In this document: positions 20,109 to 30,076 of the stretch, in pieces
How the letters are laid out: each line of letters opens with the position of its first letter
Position numbering within the stretch: position 1 is the stretch's first letter
DNA from: Candidatus Methanoperedenaceae archaeon
Lineage (GTDB): Archaea; Halobacteriota; Methanosarcinia; Methanosarcinales; Methanoperedenaceae
DNA length: 64,000 bases
NCBI GenBank assembly: GCA_963753595.1
Contig: CAVWCX010000003.1
Location: forward strand, 32,001 to 96,000
Direction of reading: 5' to 3'
Translations under genes and position numbers: made by a program
The notes under the pieces: generated by a model
Seen by the model: only the letters and a program-made list of their open reading frames with translations
What the model was told of the DNA's origin: nothing
Database searches by the model: none

Positions 20109-20546
20109 ATGCTAAGAAGTCTGCTGCCTAGCGGGATAAAAACGGCTTTAAAATTAAGTTTTGGGCTTTGGATTTTAGGCGTCATATGTGTTATACCGTT
20201 TATGTTTCTCGGGTTCAATTTGACTATGGGGATCAAAGTACTATTACTTATAGATCCTTTTGTAATACTATTTGTATCTACATTATATTTGAAGAGAGTA
20301 AATATAAATAATAGCATCAAAGAAGGAGGACTTTTTGGTTTATTTTTAGTACTGACTCATTTACCAAGTGATTTGCTATTTATGTTACTTTTCTTCAAAG
20401 AAGGTTTGATAATTTTTAAACCATATTGGGGTATTTTATTTTATGGAGAAATGGCAATTTTTTCTATGATTGCTGGATTATTTATTTATTTAAGTAAAAG
20501 ACATAAAAATAAGAATCTTTATATAATGATGCATTCAAAGGATTGA
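20109..20546 (+). CDS. Small multi-pass membrane protein
   Basis: About four hydrophobic helices; operonic spacing. Confidence 0.65.
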   Translation: MLRSLLPSGIKTALKLSFGLWILGVICVIPFMFLGFNLTMGIKVLLLIDPFVILFVSTLYLKRVNINNSIKEGGLFGLFLVLTHLPSDLLFMLLFFKEGLIIFKPYWGILFYGEMAIFSMIAGLFIYLSKRHKNKNLYIMMHSKD

Positions 20547-21439
20547 CCATGAGTCGAAAAATATTATCTGAGTATTTGTTGATTTCAGCCATTGTACTCG
20601 CATTGGTGACTTTTTTCGCAGGGATTGTTTCAGGATCCATGTTACAGGTATCCGAAAATAAATCGATTGAAATTAACTCAGTAAATTATTTCTCAAAAAT
20701 CTATGTAGATGGCTTTAGTGCAAATTCTAACGGTTTTAAGCTTTTATTGAGAACATATGAACGACATATAGAAACTCGCTATCAGCCATTACTTGCAGAT
20801 ATTGATTTTATTTTGGTAGATGACGAAGAAATTATATATCAAGATACACAAGAGCAAATCTCATTATTATCAGAGGGACAAGGAACAACTGAGATATACA
20901 ATCAGCCTCACATAGCATTAAAAGAAGGCATAAATTACACAGCATTGATAAAAGTCTATTTGCATGAGGGGGGTAGTCCCAAATATTATTTAACTGCAAC
21001 TTCCTCTTTCATTGCTAAAAATGATGCCACCATAACTGAGGTCTATGGGGATGGAATTGGATCAAGCGTAACTATTAAAAGCAAGTCATTGGTTCCTCTT
21101 AATGCTAAAATCACTTTTATATTGATCCAGAATGGCAGTGTGATAGAATTAAAAGAAATTATGGCTCCACCAATTATGTCACATGATAAAGAAAAAACGG
21201 TTAATATCCTTTGGGATAGAAACCTTGATGAGGGCGTATATACGGTATCGACTGTGCTTAAAGGAAGTGATTTAGATGTTAAGTATGATAAAGTATTTAC
21301 GGTTGAAAAGAATAACGTGGCTAGCACTCCAGCGTCTACAGAACAAACTGGCAAAAGTACACCGGGATTTACATCGTTTATAACAACTCTTGCTATTATT
21401 TTGCTATATATACAAAGGGGTTTAAAGCGTGCTATCTGA
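20543..21439 (+). CDS. Secreted Ig-like protein with PGF-CTERM sorting signal
   Basis: Signal peptide; Thr/Ser linker then STPGF, TM helix and basic tail (archaeosortase A substrate pattern). Confidence 0.75.
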   Translation: MTMSRKILSEYLLISAIVLALVTFFAGIVSGSMLQVSENKSIEINSVNYFSKIYVDGFSANSNGFKLLLRTYERHIETRYQPLLADIDFILVDDEEIIYQDTQEQISLLSEGQGTTEIYNQPHIALKEGINYTALIKVYLHEGGSPKYYLTATSSFIAKNDATITEVYGDGIGSSVTIKSKSLVPLNAKITFILIQNGSVIELKEIMAPPIMSHDKEKTVNILWDRNLDEGVYTVSTVLKGSDLDVKYDKVFTVEKNNVASTPASTEQTGKSTPGFTSFITTLAIILLYIQRGLKRAI

Positions 21440-22604
21440 TATCAAGCCCGCATTATTCTATTCGAGAAAAGACATTACTAAAAATAAGAATATATTTATA
21501 TTTATAGTACTGGCTATTGCTTTTTCTACAGCGAACATTATTGTTGTAAATGGATTAATGGAGGGGATGATAAACGACTTTGTGGATAATACCGTTGAGA
21601 CGTCTAGTGGACATCTCAATTTATATCCGAAAGACGAAGATAGGTACATAAATGGTCTGGGAATTAAAGAGCAGAAGCTTGCAGCCTCAAAAGAAGTAGT
21701 TGCTTATTCGTCCAGGATTTCTTCAAGTGGTGTTTTGTCTTATAAAGAACTATCAATATCCACTTCAATATTGGCAGTGAATCCAGAAAAAGAGAGAGTT
21801 GTAACTAAAATACTTGAAAAACTCGACAGAGGAAAAACCATTAACTCAAGCGATAAAAGCGCAATTCTTGTCTCTTATCGCCTTGCAGAGAATTTAAAAT
21901 TGAATGTTGGGGATGATACGACATTAGCTTTTGAAAACGGAAAGGTTAAAGTATATACAGTTAAAGGGATAGTTCGCACCGGAAATTTGGATTTTGATGC
22001 CTCTACAGTCATCATGAATGCGGATGAACTGGCGAGACAACTAGATCTGGAGAATAAGGCATCTGTTATTTTGATCAAGCTCAGTGATAAGATGCTTGTT
22101 GAACAGTATAAACTTAGAATAGTGCAAGAATTAGGGATTTCTAATCTAAGAACTTGGAGAGAAGAAATCGAGTATGTATTAAGCTTCAGCGCTGCATGGA
22201 AGGATTTTACTAATTTAATATCAGTAGTGGGATTGATCGCGGCGGCAGTCTCGGTTGGTTTAATTATTTATATTAACGTGGTTCACAAAAAAAGACAAAT
22301 AGGCATAATGAAAGCCATGGGAGCAAAAGACTCATTTATTTTTAAGGTTTTTATAATGGAAGCTATTATTTTTGGTCTCATAGGAGTTGGTTTAGGAGAT
22401 GTTCTTGGCTATTTTGGGACAAAGTACCTTGAAACTCATCCATTCTATGATGCTATTATGCAAACCTGGATCGGTGCCAGGTTCTACAACCATATATTAT
22501 ACACAGCATCGGCAGTTTCTTTTTCAATAGTAGTTCTTGCTGGGATCTATCCGGCTGTCAAAGCGACTCAAATAGACATAATTAAAGCGATATGGGGTGG
22601 TTAA
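21429..22604 (+). CDS. FtsX/LolE/MacB-like ABC exporter permease
   Basis: TM1, large extracellular domain, three more TMs; KKRQIGIMKAMGA, GIYPA. Confidence 0.85.
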   Translation: MLSDIKPALFYSRKDITKNKNIFIFIVLAIAFSTANIIVVNGLMEGMINDFVDNTVETSSGHLNLYPKDEDRYINGLGIKEQKLAASKEVVAYSSRISSSGVLSYKELSISTSILAVNPEKERVVTKILEKLDRGKTINSSDKSAILVSYRLAENLKLNVGDDTTLAFENGKVKVYTVKGIVRTGNLDFDASTVIMNADELARQLDLENKASVILIKLSDKMLVEQYKLRIVQELGISNLRTWREEIEYVLSFSAAWKDFTNLISVVGLIAAAVSVGLIIYINVVHKKRQIGIMKAMGAKDSFIFKVFIMEAIIFGLIGVGLGDVLGYFGTKYLETHPFYDAIMQTWIGARFYNHILYTASAVSFSIVVLAGIYPAVKATQIDIIKAIWGG

Positions 22605-23764
22605 TACTGCCAGCAGTGCTCTTCTACGCAAGGAAGGATATAGAAAAAAATAAAAAAAAGTTTTTCTTTATTATAGTGACAATATCCTTAGTGGGTGCCA
22701 ATATGATTATTCTGAATGGGTTCATGGATGGATATGTCAATGATTTTCTGGAAAGAACTCAGGAAACTTCAACGGGTCATTTGAACATATACCCCAAATG
22801 GGGGGATCAATATATAGAAGGACTGGGTATTAAAGAGCAAAAAATTGAAAATGTAGATGGAGTATTTGCTTATTCACCCAGACTTTCAGTGGGGGGCTCT
22901 TTATCATACAAAGAAAAATCAAAACCTATTAAGATATTAGCTCTAGATCCGATTAAAGAAAATAAAGTTACAAAACTCCTTAGCAAACTGGATTCGGGTG
23001 AAACTTTGGACTCTAATGATATGTATAGTGTGCTGGTCACGTACCGATTGGCTGATGAATTAAAAATTAAAGCGGGAAACTATGTGACTTTGGTTTTTGA
23101 AAAAGGAAACTCCAAAATATACTTAGTTAAAGGCATACTACGAACCGGTCTTGAAATGGACAAAAACACTGTTATAATGAATTTTGAGGAGGTAACAGAG
23201 CAACTTGACTTTAACAATAAAGCTTCACTGATTTTGGTAAAATTGAATGATAAGGCTATGGTAGAGGAATATAAAAATATTTTATCTCAGGAGTTATCAA
23301 TAAATAAAATAAAAATATGGAGTGAGGAGATCGAATCAGTAGTGAGTTCTATGAAATCATACAGGGAGATAATCGATACAGTAAATGCTATTGGACTGTT
23401 TGTGGCCGCTGTGACTTTGGGCATTATCTTATATATTAATGTCCTGTACACAAGAAGAGAAATAGGTATTTTGAAAGCTATAGGAATGAAAGATTCCCAA
23501 GTACTCTCAGTATACCTAATCGAGTCACTTCTTATTGGCATAATAGGAATTTTTATAGGCAGTATTTTAGGGTATTTAGGTATCAAATATCTGGAAAAAC
23601 ATCCTTTCTACGACCCAATATTAGGTTTTGTGAGTCCTCACTTTTACGGTTATCTTATCTATGATGCTGCGATCGTGATTTTTTTTACTTTGATGCTTGC
23701 TGCATTGTATCCTGTTTTGATAGCCAGCAAAACAAATATTATAAAAGCAATATGGGGTGATTGA
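22592..23764 (+). CDS. Second FtsX/LolC-like ABC exporter permease (paralog)
   Basis: Shares GHLNxYPK..YIxGLGIKEQK and IIKAIWG; RREIGILKAIG. Confidence 0.85.
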   Translation: MGWLILPAVLFYARKDIEKNKKKFFFIIVTISLVGANMIILNGFMDGYVNDFLERTQETSTGHLNIYPKWGDQYIEGLGIKEQKIENVDGVFAYSPRLSVGGSLSYKEKSKPIKILALDPIKENKVTKLLSKLDSGETLDSNDMYSVLVTYRLADELKIKAGNYVTLVFEKGNSKIYLVKGILRTGLEMDKNTVIMNFEEVTEQLDFNNKASLILVKLNDKAMVEEYKNILSQELSINKIKIWSEEIESVVSSMKSYREIIDTVNAIGLFVAAVTLGIILYINVLYTRREIGILKAIGMKDSQVLSVYLIESLLIGIIGIFIGSILGYLGIKYLEKHPFYDPILGFVSPHFYGYLIYDAAIVIFFTLMLAALYPVLIASKTNIIKAIWGD

Positions 23765-24439
23765 GTGGATTTTATAGATATCAGAAATCTAAAGAAAGCA
23801 TATACTCTTGGTAAAATTAATGTCAATGCCCTTAATGGTATAGATGTTTCTATACAGAAAGGTGAGTTTGTAGCCATCATGGGACCTTCAGGAAGCGGCA
23901 AATCGACTTTATTAAATCTCGTGGGTATGTTGGATACACCTACATCTGGTGAAATATATCTTGACAGAACAAATGTAACAAAAATGAACAGCGACAAGAG
24001 AGCTGAATATAGGCTCATGCATTTAGGCTTTGTATTTCAGTTCTTCAACCTTTTTAATGAACTTAATGCTCTTGAAAATGTAATGTTTCCAATGATGTTG
24101 AATCGGCTTCCACATTACAAAGAACGTGCTAAGGAACTGCTCAAACTCGTGGGCTTAGAAGATCGTTTCAATCATCTCCCATCTGAACTTTCAGGCGGTG
24201 AGCAGCAACGGGTTACGATTGCTCGATCCCTTGCAAACAATCCTTATATCTTATTAGCAGATGAGCCTACAGGCAACTTGGATACTAAATCCTCAATGGA
24301 AATCATTAAGCTTTTCAGGAGATTAAATCTCGAAAACGAACAAACTATTTTAATGGTGACACATAGTCAGGAGATTGGAGAGACCGCAGATAGAATCCTA
24401 TATTTCCGCGATGGTTTGATAGAAAAACAACATATTTAA
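23765..24439 (+). CDS. LolD/MacB-type ABC ATPase
   Basis: GPSGSGKST, GFVFQFFNL, LSGGEQQRV, LADEPTGNLD. Confidence 0.9.
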   Translation: MDFIDIRNLKKAYTLGKINVNALNGIDVSIQKGEFVAIMGPSGSGKSTLLNLVGMLDTPTSGEIYLDRTNVTKMNSDKRAEYRLMHLGFVFQFFNLFNELNALENVMFPMMLNRLPHYKERAKELLKLVGLEDRFNHLPSELSGGEQQRVTIARSLANNPYILLADEPTGNLDTKSSMEIIKLFRRLNLENEQTILMVTHSQEIGETADRILYFRDGLIEKQHI

Positions 24440-24679
24440 AATGTTATCTGGACAATCTGTTGCATCAAGAGATTTTCGGACGTCTTTAATATTATTTTTC
24501 TCCATATCGTTTTTATTAACTTCAGTAAATAAATATTATGTACCTTATTTATATATAATAACTACTTAAATTACATTTAAATTATGTAATTTAAAATTGC
24601 GATCGATCATGTTTTGAAATATTTGTTATATAAAATATAGTATATTTAATAATTCAATATATTTATTCAGTAAACATTT

Positions 24680-26230
24680 TATAATATTTTTAAAATCAAA
24701 AGGTTGCGAGGCTTCGACTGAATACTTACTCGATAAACCTGCTTCTCATCAATTTCATCAATTTCATCCTCAAAATCAATGCCAAGAAGCGAATGAATAG
24801 ATATTGAACCTTTATTTACGGTATATCCTGCTTCACAAAGAATTTATATCATTTCATTCATATAAAGGTCTTGAACTGAAACAAACTTTGGAAGTCTCAC
24901 TTTCTTTTCCCTTAGTTCCTTCTCGGAATATTTTTCGATATTCGTAAGCAAGTGGTGGATAATAGAAGCAAGCTTTCTTGCAAGTGCAACTATTGCTTTT
25001 TTTGACCTTTCTTCACCTTAATTCTCTGGTAAAAAACCTGAGTTTGTTGGACTTTCCAATAGCAATTGAATTAGCTGCCTGAACAAGAATCGTTCGCAGA
25101 TACTTATTACCACGTTTTGTGATATGACCATTAGAGGACTTACCAGCAGATTCATTAACAGCTGGAGCCAGACCGCTCCAGCTTACCAGATTTTTAGGTT
25201 TGGGAAATATTTTAATATCACCAATTTCTGCAATGGCGGCAGCAGCTATTGTAAAACCAATACCTGGAATGCTCATTAGGATATACTGTTCTCGCATTCC
25301 TGATAAAGATTGGAATATCCTTGAATCAAATTCTTTAATTTTGACATCAAGGAATTTTACCGTCTCTAAACAATCTTTTATCACAAAAAGGTCATTCTGG
25401 CTTAACTCTCCCTTTATGCTATCTTTTATTTCAGTTAGCGTAGCTTTTATCCGTTTGTCTTTAAGCTGTCCAATTATTTGTTCTATGGATTTACCATCCA
25501 ATATACCATTCAGAATAGTAGTACCGGATTTGCCGAAAATATCTGAAAGAACTCCAGAAATCCTAATGCCAGCTCTTTGCAGTATTTTGTGAACTTTATT
25601 CTTTAAAGCAGTTCTTGCTTCAGTAAATTTCACATGTGTTCTTGTGAACTCACGTATATCACGAATTTCCCTGCATGGGATATAGGATGGTTTTATCTGA
25701 CCATTCAAACAGACTTCAGCTATCCATTCCGAGTCGATGTCATCATTCTTTCTGCCTGGAATATATTATCTGTAAAGGGTTCGCCACTATAGTTTCAACT
25801 TTACCCTCTAATATTGTGTAGGCTGGAATATTATATATTCCGGTTGATTCTATGGCTACTCTCTGATAACGATTTTCTAATATCCATGTCTTCAGGTCCA
25901 GTAAACCCTTCAAACAGATACTGAACTTTCTGGTATCTTTTGCACCAGCTGATGTTAGTATTGTTGCAGCTAAAAAGGCTTGATGAACATCTATTCCACA
26001 AGCCTTTTCTACTCTATTATTCATGTTCTAATCACCTCTTTGAGGAATCTGATATGAACAGAGACTTGAAATTAATAGAGACAATCTGGTATACGTACTC
26101 AAAGTACAGTCATCTATTCGCTTGAAGAAGACCAAACTATAGGACAGGTTTAAAACCCAAGGCAACATTTGGTCTTCTCTGTTCATACCATTATAATAAA
26201 AAGGCAATTTAACGAGTATTAGTTTTTCGT
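24680..26230 (-). mobile_element. Degenerate IS110-family element (DEDD recombinase pseudogene plus structured leader)
   Basis: CGIDVH, VAIESTGIY, LMSIPGIG, WSGLAPAVNESAGK, KRGNKYLR, AIVALARKL split over frames; GAGGTGA RBS; ends approximate. Confidence 0.85.
26053..26187 (-). ncRNA. Candidate IS110 bridge-RNA-like structured leader
   Basis: Nested stems: 26053-63/26177-87, 26074-82/26109-18 with inner gtact/agtac hairpin, 26127-36/26168-77 with a two-sided internal loop and inner hairpin. Confidence 0.5.
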
Positions 26231-26417
26231 TGTCATCTATGAACTAAAATGTTCATAGCTTGGTAATAATCGAGATTTAAAAATTGGGATTTACGAAAGG
26301 CCAAACTTCGAAAATAATATACTGACGGGTGGGGGGTTGGGCGTGTGCCGGGAGCGGATTTAGGAGAGAGAGATGTCGAAAAGCTTATCGTAAGCTGTGT
26401 GAAAGTAATATCACAAT

Positions 26418-27524
26418 ATGAAAGAGCTTCTCTCCTGGGACCAGACACTTTTCAAAGACAGTGAGTTATTTGAACTTGACCATATCCCTGAGCATTTCCT
26501 TCACAGGGAATCGCAACTTTCATCCCTCATGCATTGCATCCGGCCTGCACTGGGCAAAGGCCGGCCGCTTAACAGTCTTTGCATAGGCGCGCCGGGAACA
26601 GGAAAAACAACAGCGGTGCAAAAGGTATTCGAAGAGATAGAAAAACATTCTGATAAAGTGGTGCCGGTGCTTGTCAATTGCCAGGTCAATTCAACACGGT
26701 ATGCTGTATTTTCACAGATATTCAAAAAACTTATAGGTTACGCACCGCCAGCCTCGGGCGCCTCGTTTAAGAAAATATTCGGCGAGGTTGCAAAGTATAT
26801 AGTCGAGCATGAAAAAGTCCTCCTTGTGGCGCTTGATGATATGAATTACCTGTTCTACGAGATGGAGGTCAATGATGTCCTGTACTCACTCCTGAGGGCT
26901 CATGAAACATATCCCGGTGCGCGGATGGGCGTTATTGCAATACTTAGCGACACAGGTGTTCCCCATATACTTGATCCCAAAGTTGAATCTGTGTTCCTTC
27001 CTGAAGAAGTGAAATTCCCGACATATTCGATCGATGAGATACGCGATATCCTGTCAAACCGCGCAAAGTTAGGGTTTTACCCTGATGTGCTTGACACAAA
27101 CGTTCTTGAAAACATAACACAGCATACTTTCGCGCTTGGGGATCTGCGCGTGGGGATAGATCTATTAAAGCGCTCAGGACTTAATGCAGAAAAGCGTGCC
27201 AGTAAAACAATTGCCCTGGAAGATGTTGAGTCAGCGTATGAGAAATCCAGGCTTGTGCACCTTTCCTACATGATGCGTACTTTGAAAAAGGATGAAAAAA
27301 TTCTCCTTGGATTAATAGCGGATTCCCCCCGGTCCAATTCAGGCGATCTTTATGAAAAATTCCACGAAAAGACCTCTCTCGGGTACACGCGTTTCTATGA
27401 ATTGCTTAACAAGCTTGGCTCTTTTAAGCTTATAGATGCCGATTTTACAGGTAAGGGGGCACGCGGGAGAAGCCGCCTTGTCAAGCTTCGATTCAAACCT
27501 GATGAAGTAAGAATGAGATTGTAG
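26418..27524 (+). CDS. cdc6: Orc1/Cdc6 replication initiator
   Basis: HRESQ, GAPGTGKT, VNC, ALDD, GDLRVGIDLL, C-terminal wH GARGRSR. Confidence 0.92.
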   Translation: MKELLSWDQTLFKDSELFELDHIPEHFLHRESQLSSLMHCIRPALGKGRPLNSLCIGAPGTGKTTAVQKVFEEIEKHSDKVVPVLVNCQVNSTRYAVFSQIFKKLIGYAPPASGASFKKIFGEVAKYIVEHEKVLLVALDDMNYLFYEMEVNDVLYSLLRAHETYPGARMGVIAILSDTGVPHILDPKVESVFLPEEVKFPTYSIDEIRDILSNRAKLGFYPDVLDTNVLENITQHTFALGDLRVGIDLLKRSGLNAEKRASKTIALEDVESAYEKSRLVHLSYMMRTLKKDEKILLGLIADSPRSNSGDLYEKFHEKTSLGYTRFYELLNKLGSFKLIDADFTGKGARGRSRLVKLRFKPDEVRMRL

Positions 27525-27601
27525 GTAACAGATTGTAAATTATATTTGTATATAACCTAGTGTAAATAATATATTATAGATAACAGATTTTATATAACCA
27601 T

Positions 27602-27631
27602 ATCTGCGTTCATCTGCGTTTATCTGCGGTT
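27602..27631. repeat. Three tandem 10-bp atctgcgtt units
   Basis: atctgcgttc atctgcgttt atctgcggtt in an AT-rich intergenic region. Confidence 0.7.
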
Positions 27632-27740
27632 TATTATTTCATTGATTATTTTGTATTCTCCGTATCGATTTAAAAAACTATATATATCTTTATTACCAAT
27701 AATAGCTAACCAAAATTTTAATTTTAAAAGGAGAAAATAA

Positions 27741-27983
27741 ATGTCAAATCAATTACAACCAATACTTCCACTTGCACCTGTCGAGCGCATTATCAGAAAA
27801 GCAGGAGCGGACAGGGTAGCAGAAGACGCAGGCGTTGAACTTGCAAAAGTCCTTGAGGAATATGGCATAGAAATTTCGCGCGAAGCCATAACCCTTGCAA
27901 AACATGCAAAGAGGACAACAGTAAAAGAAGAAGATATCAGGCTTGCTGTTGCAAGATTGAAAAAACCAAGCTTTACCCAATAA
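27741..27983 (+). CDS. Archaeal histone (HMf family)
   Basis: LPLAPVERIIRKAGADRV...AKHAKRTTVKEEDI; T-tract terminator follows. Confidence 0.93.
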   Translation: MSNQLQPILPLAPVERIIRKAGADRVAEDAGVELAKVLEEYGIEISREAITLAKHAKRTTVKEEDIRLAVARLKKPSFTQ

Positions 27984-28017
27984 TCTAATTACTTTTTTTT
28001 TCGTTTTTTATTATCAG

Positions 28018-28451
28018 ATGACTATCGAAGAGAAACTTGGTTATACATTCAAAAAAATTATTTCATAAACCGCGCCCTGACACGCAAAGCCTATGCGCTT
28101 GAACAAAAACAGCAAAATATCGAGTGTGAGGACCAGGAAATTTACCGGACACTGGGTGACGCTGTCCTGAAAACAGTTTTGATCGATCTTTTGATCAAAA
28201 ATGGCATTAATTCAAGGGGAGATATAACAAGCAGGAAAAAAAGCCTTGAAAGGGAAGAAGGGCTTGCAGATATCAGTAAAAGGCTCGGGATCGGCGCATA
28301 TCTTAAATTGGGAAAAGGCGAGAGTAAGCAAAAAGCAGATGAGGAGCCTTATGTGCTGGCAGAGACTTTTGAAGCTGTGATCGGGGCGATATATCTTGAT
28401 GGCGGATTTGAAGCCTGCAAAGGAATAATAGAGAAGTTATTTAAAATTTAG
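28018..28451 (+). pseudogene. RNase III-domain protein without dsRBD, frameshift in an A-run
   Basis: MTIEEKLGYTF / ALTRKAY...QEIYRTLGDAVL...LAETFEAVIGAIYLDGG; indel at about 28051-28057. Confidence 0.75.
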
Positions 28452-28647
28452 ACACTGCAAAGTTGGCAATGAACCCCCCGATTCATAGTTCCATATTATT
28501 GGCATAATTCACACTATTTTTATTTGCCTAAACCATATTATCTATTTATGTAATATGTGTTTTAGCAGGTTGGAGATTGAGAAGGTCTATCCCTTTGCTC
28601 CAATCTTCAATCCTGTTCCTTTTTCGCTACGATTGCAAAGCTTTATC

Positions 28648-28803
28648 TCAATCGTATTGTGCACCTTCTGGCTGTTCTGCCTTGCGTGCTCTCAGTTTTG
28701 CATAGAAATCTTTCTGTCTCTTTTTCTCGGCTGGGTCTTCTTTTGCAACTTTTACTTTCTGTGCATTCTCTGCGTTGTCCATCGAGTTTTCAAGTCCTGC
28801 CAT
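28648..28803 (-). CDS. 51-aa charged small protein (not in the ORF track)
   Basis: MAGLENSMDNAENAQKVKVAKEDPAEKKRQKDFYAKLRARKAEQPEGAQYD; GGAGGTGA RBS. Confidence 0.7.
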   Translation of the reverse strand: MAGLENSMDNAENAQKVKVAKEDPAEKKRQKDFYAKLRARKAEQPEGAQYD

Positions 28804-29092
28804 TGTTTTTCACCTCCTGTTTTTTTGATTATAATAATTAATCATTAAGTAACCTGTATTTAAGTCTAACGCCCTACTTAATATATATTTTAAAAGAACT
28901 TTTTCTTGAAAAGATGATGTTCAGCAATCCTAATTTTAGTTTTTAATTTGGGTCTAATATTGGAAAAGCCATTTAACTATAACGCAAATACACAATATAA
29001 TTATCGGGAGCGCCAGAATTAAACCCAATTCTTAGCTACTGCTATCCGATCAGTATTTTTGTCAGAGAATATTTTAATTTTACAAATAGAGC

Positions 29093-30073
29093 TCATTCCG
29101 GTACAACAATAACCTTCAAAGATTCCCTTGCCCCTCCCGCTATTTTAAATCCCTTCTGGATATCTTCCAGCTTTACCCTGTCAGTTATCATATCCCTGAC
29201 ATTGATCTTCTTATCCTTGATCAATAGAAGCGCCTCTTCCAGGTCAATGGGCGCTGCGCCATAACTGGATACAATGCTCAATTCATTCCTCCAGAAATCT
29301 TCAACAGGGATCGGGATATTCTTATTCGGGATGGCAAAGAGCATAATTATCCCTTTCTTATCAATGAACCGAAACGCTGCTTCAAAAGCAGGCATTGCTC
29401 CCGTACACATTATTATCCGGTCAGCTTTCAAGTCCAATTCTTCACTGGCATTAAAAACCTCATCTGCCCCGAAAACACCTGCCTTTTCCAGCCTATAATC
29501 ATTGATATCCGTTGCAATGACCCTTGCATTTTTTAATTTTGCCACAACAATGTTCAACAGGCCTGAGATCCCGGAACCCATGACAAGAACAGTCTGGCCA
29601 GCTTTGACACCGATCAATCTCTGCGCCCTTACAACACATGCAAGAGGCTCGATCATCGTTCCTTCTTCATAAGAGATACTGGCAGGAAGAAGGTAAGTTC
29701 CGCTATTCACATTGATCTGGGGTACCCTGACAAATTCACTGAATCCACCGGGGTCGTAATTACCTTTATGCAGCGTTTCACAGGCCGTATGATTTCCGGA
29801 AAGACAGTATTTGCATTCGTTGCATGGGACATGATGGCTTACGAAAACCCTTTGACCCACTTTGAATTTATCAGACTTTGATTCAACTATTTCGCCTGTC
29901 ATCTCATGGCCAAGTACCCGCGGGGCTTTCTTGATCCTGTACCATTCCATCAGGTCAGTCCCGCAAATGCCTGATGCTTTGACCTTTACAAGGATTTCCC
30001 CATTATTTATTTCAGGTTTTGGTCTTTCCTCTATCCTGATATCGTTATTGTTGTAATATATTGCGGTTTTCAT
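29093..30073 (-). CDS. Zn-dependent medium-chain (sorbitol/iditol-type) dehydrogenase
   Basis: GICGTD, GHE, CNECKYC..C, EPLACV, GSGISG. Confidence 0.9.
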   Translation of the reverse strand: MKTAIYYNNNDIRIEERPKPEINNGEILVKVKASGICGTDLMEWYRIKKAPRVLGHEMTGEIVESKSDKFKVGQRVFVSHHVPCNECKYCLSGNHTACETLHKGNYDPGGFSEFVRVPQINVNSGTYLLPASISYEEGTMIEPLACVVRAQRLIGVKAGQTVLVMGSGISGLLNIVVAKLKNARVIATDINDYRLEKAGVFGADEVFNASEELDLKADRIIMCTGAMPAFEAAFRFIDKKGIIMLFAIPNKNIPIPVEDFWRNELSIVSSYGAAPIDLEEALLLIKDKKINVRDMITDRVKLEDIQKGFKIAGGARESLKVIVVPE

Positions 30074-30076
30074 TAT

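Larger units (their letters stand above)
15040..26230. mobile_element. AT-rich genomic island
   Basis: Visible shift to AT-rich sequence and codon usage; TA remnant on the left, IS110 remnant on the right; boundaries approximate. Confidence 0.6.

Noticed and set aside
26230-27740. Replication origin annotation at cdc6
   Set aside because: No recognisable ORB repeats; kept only as a low-interest finding.
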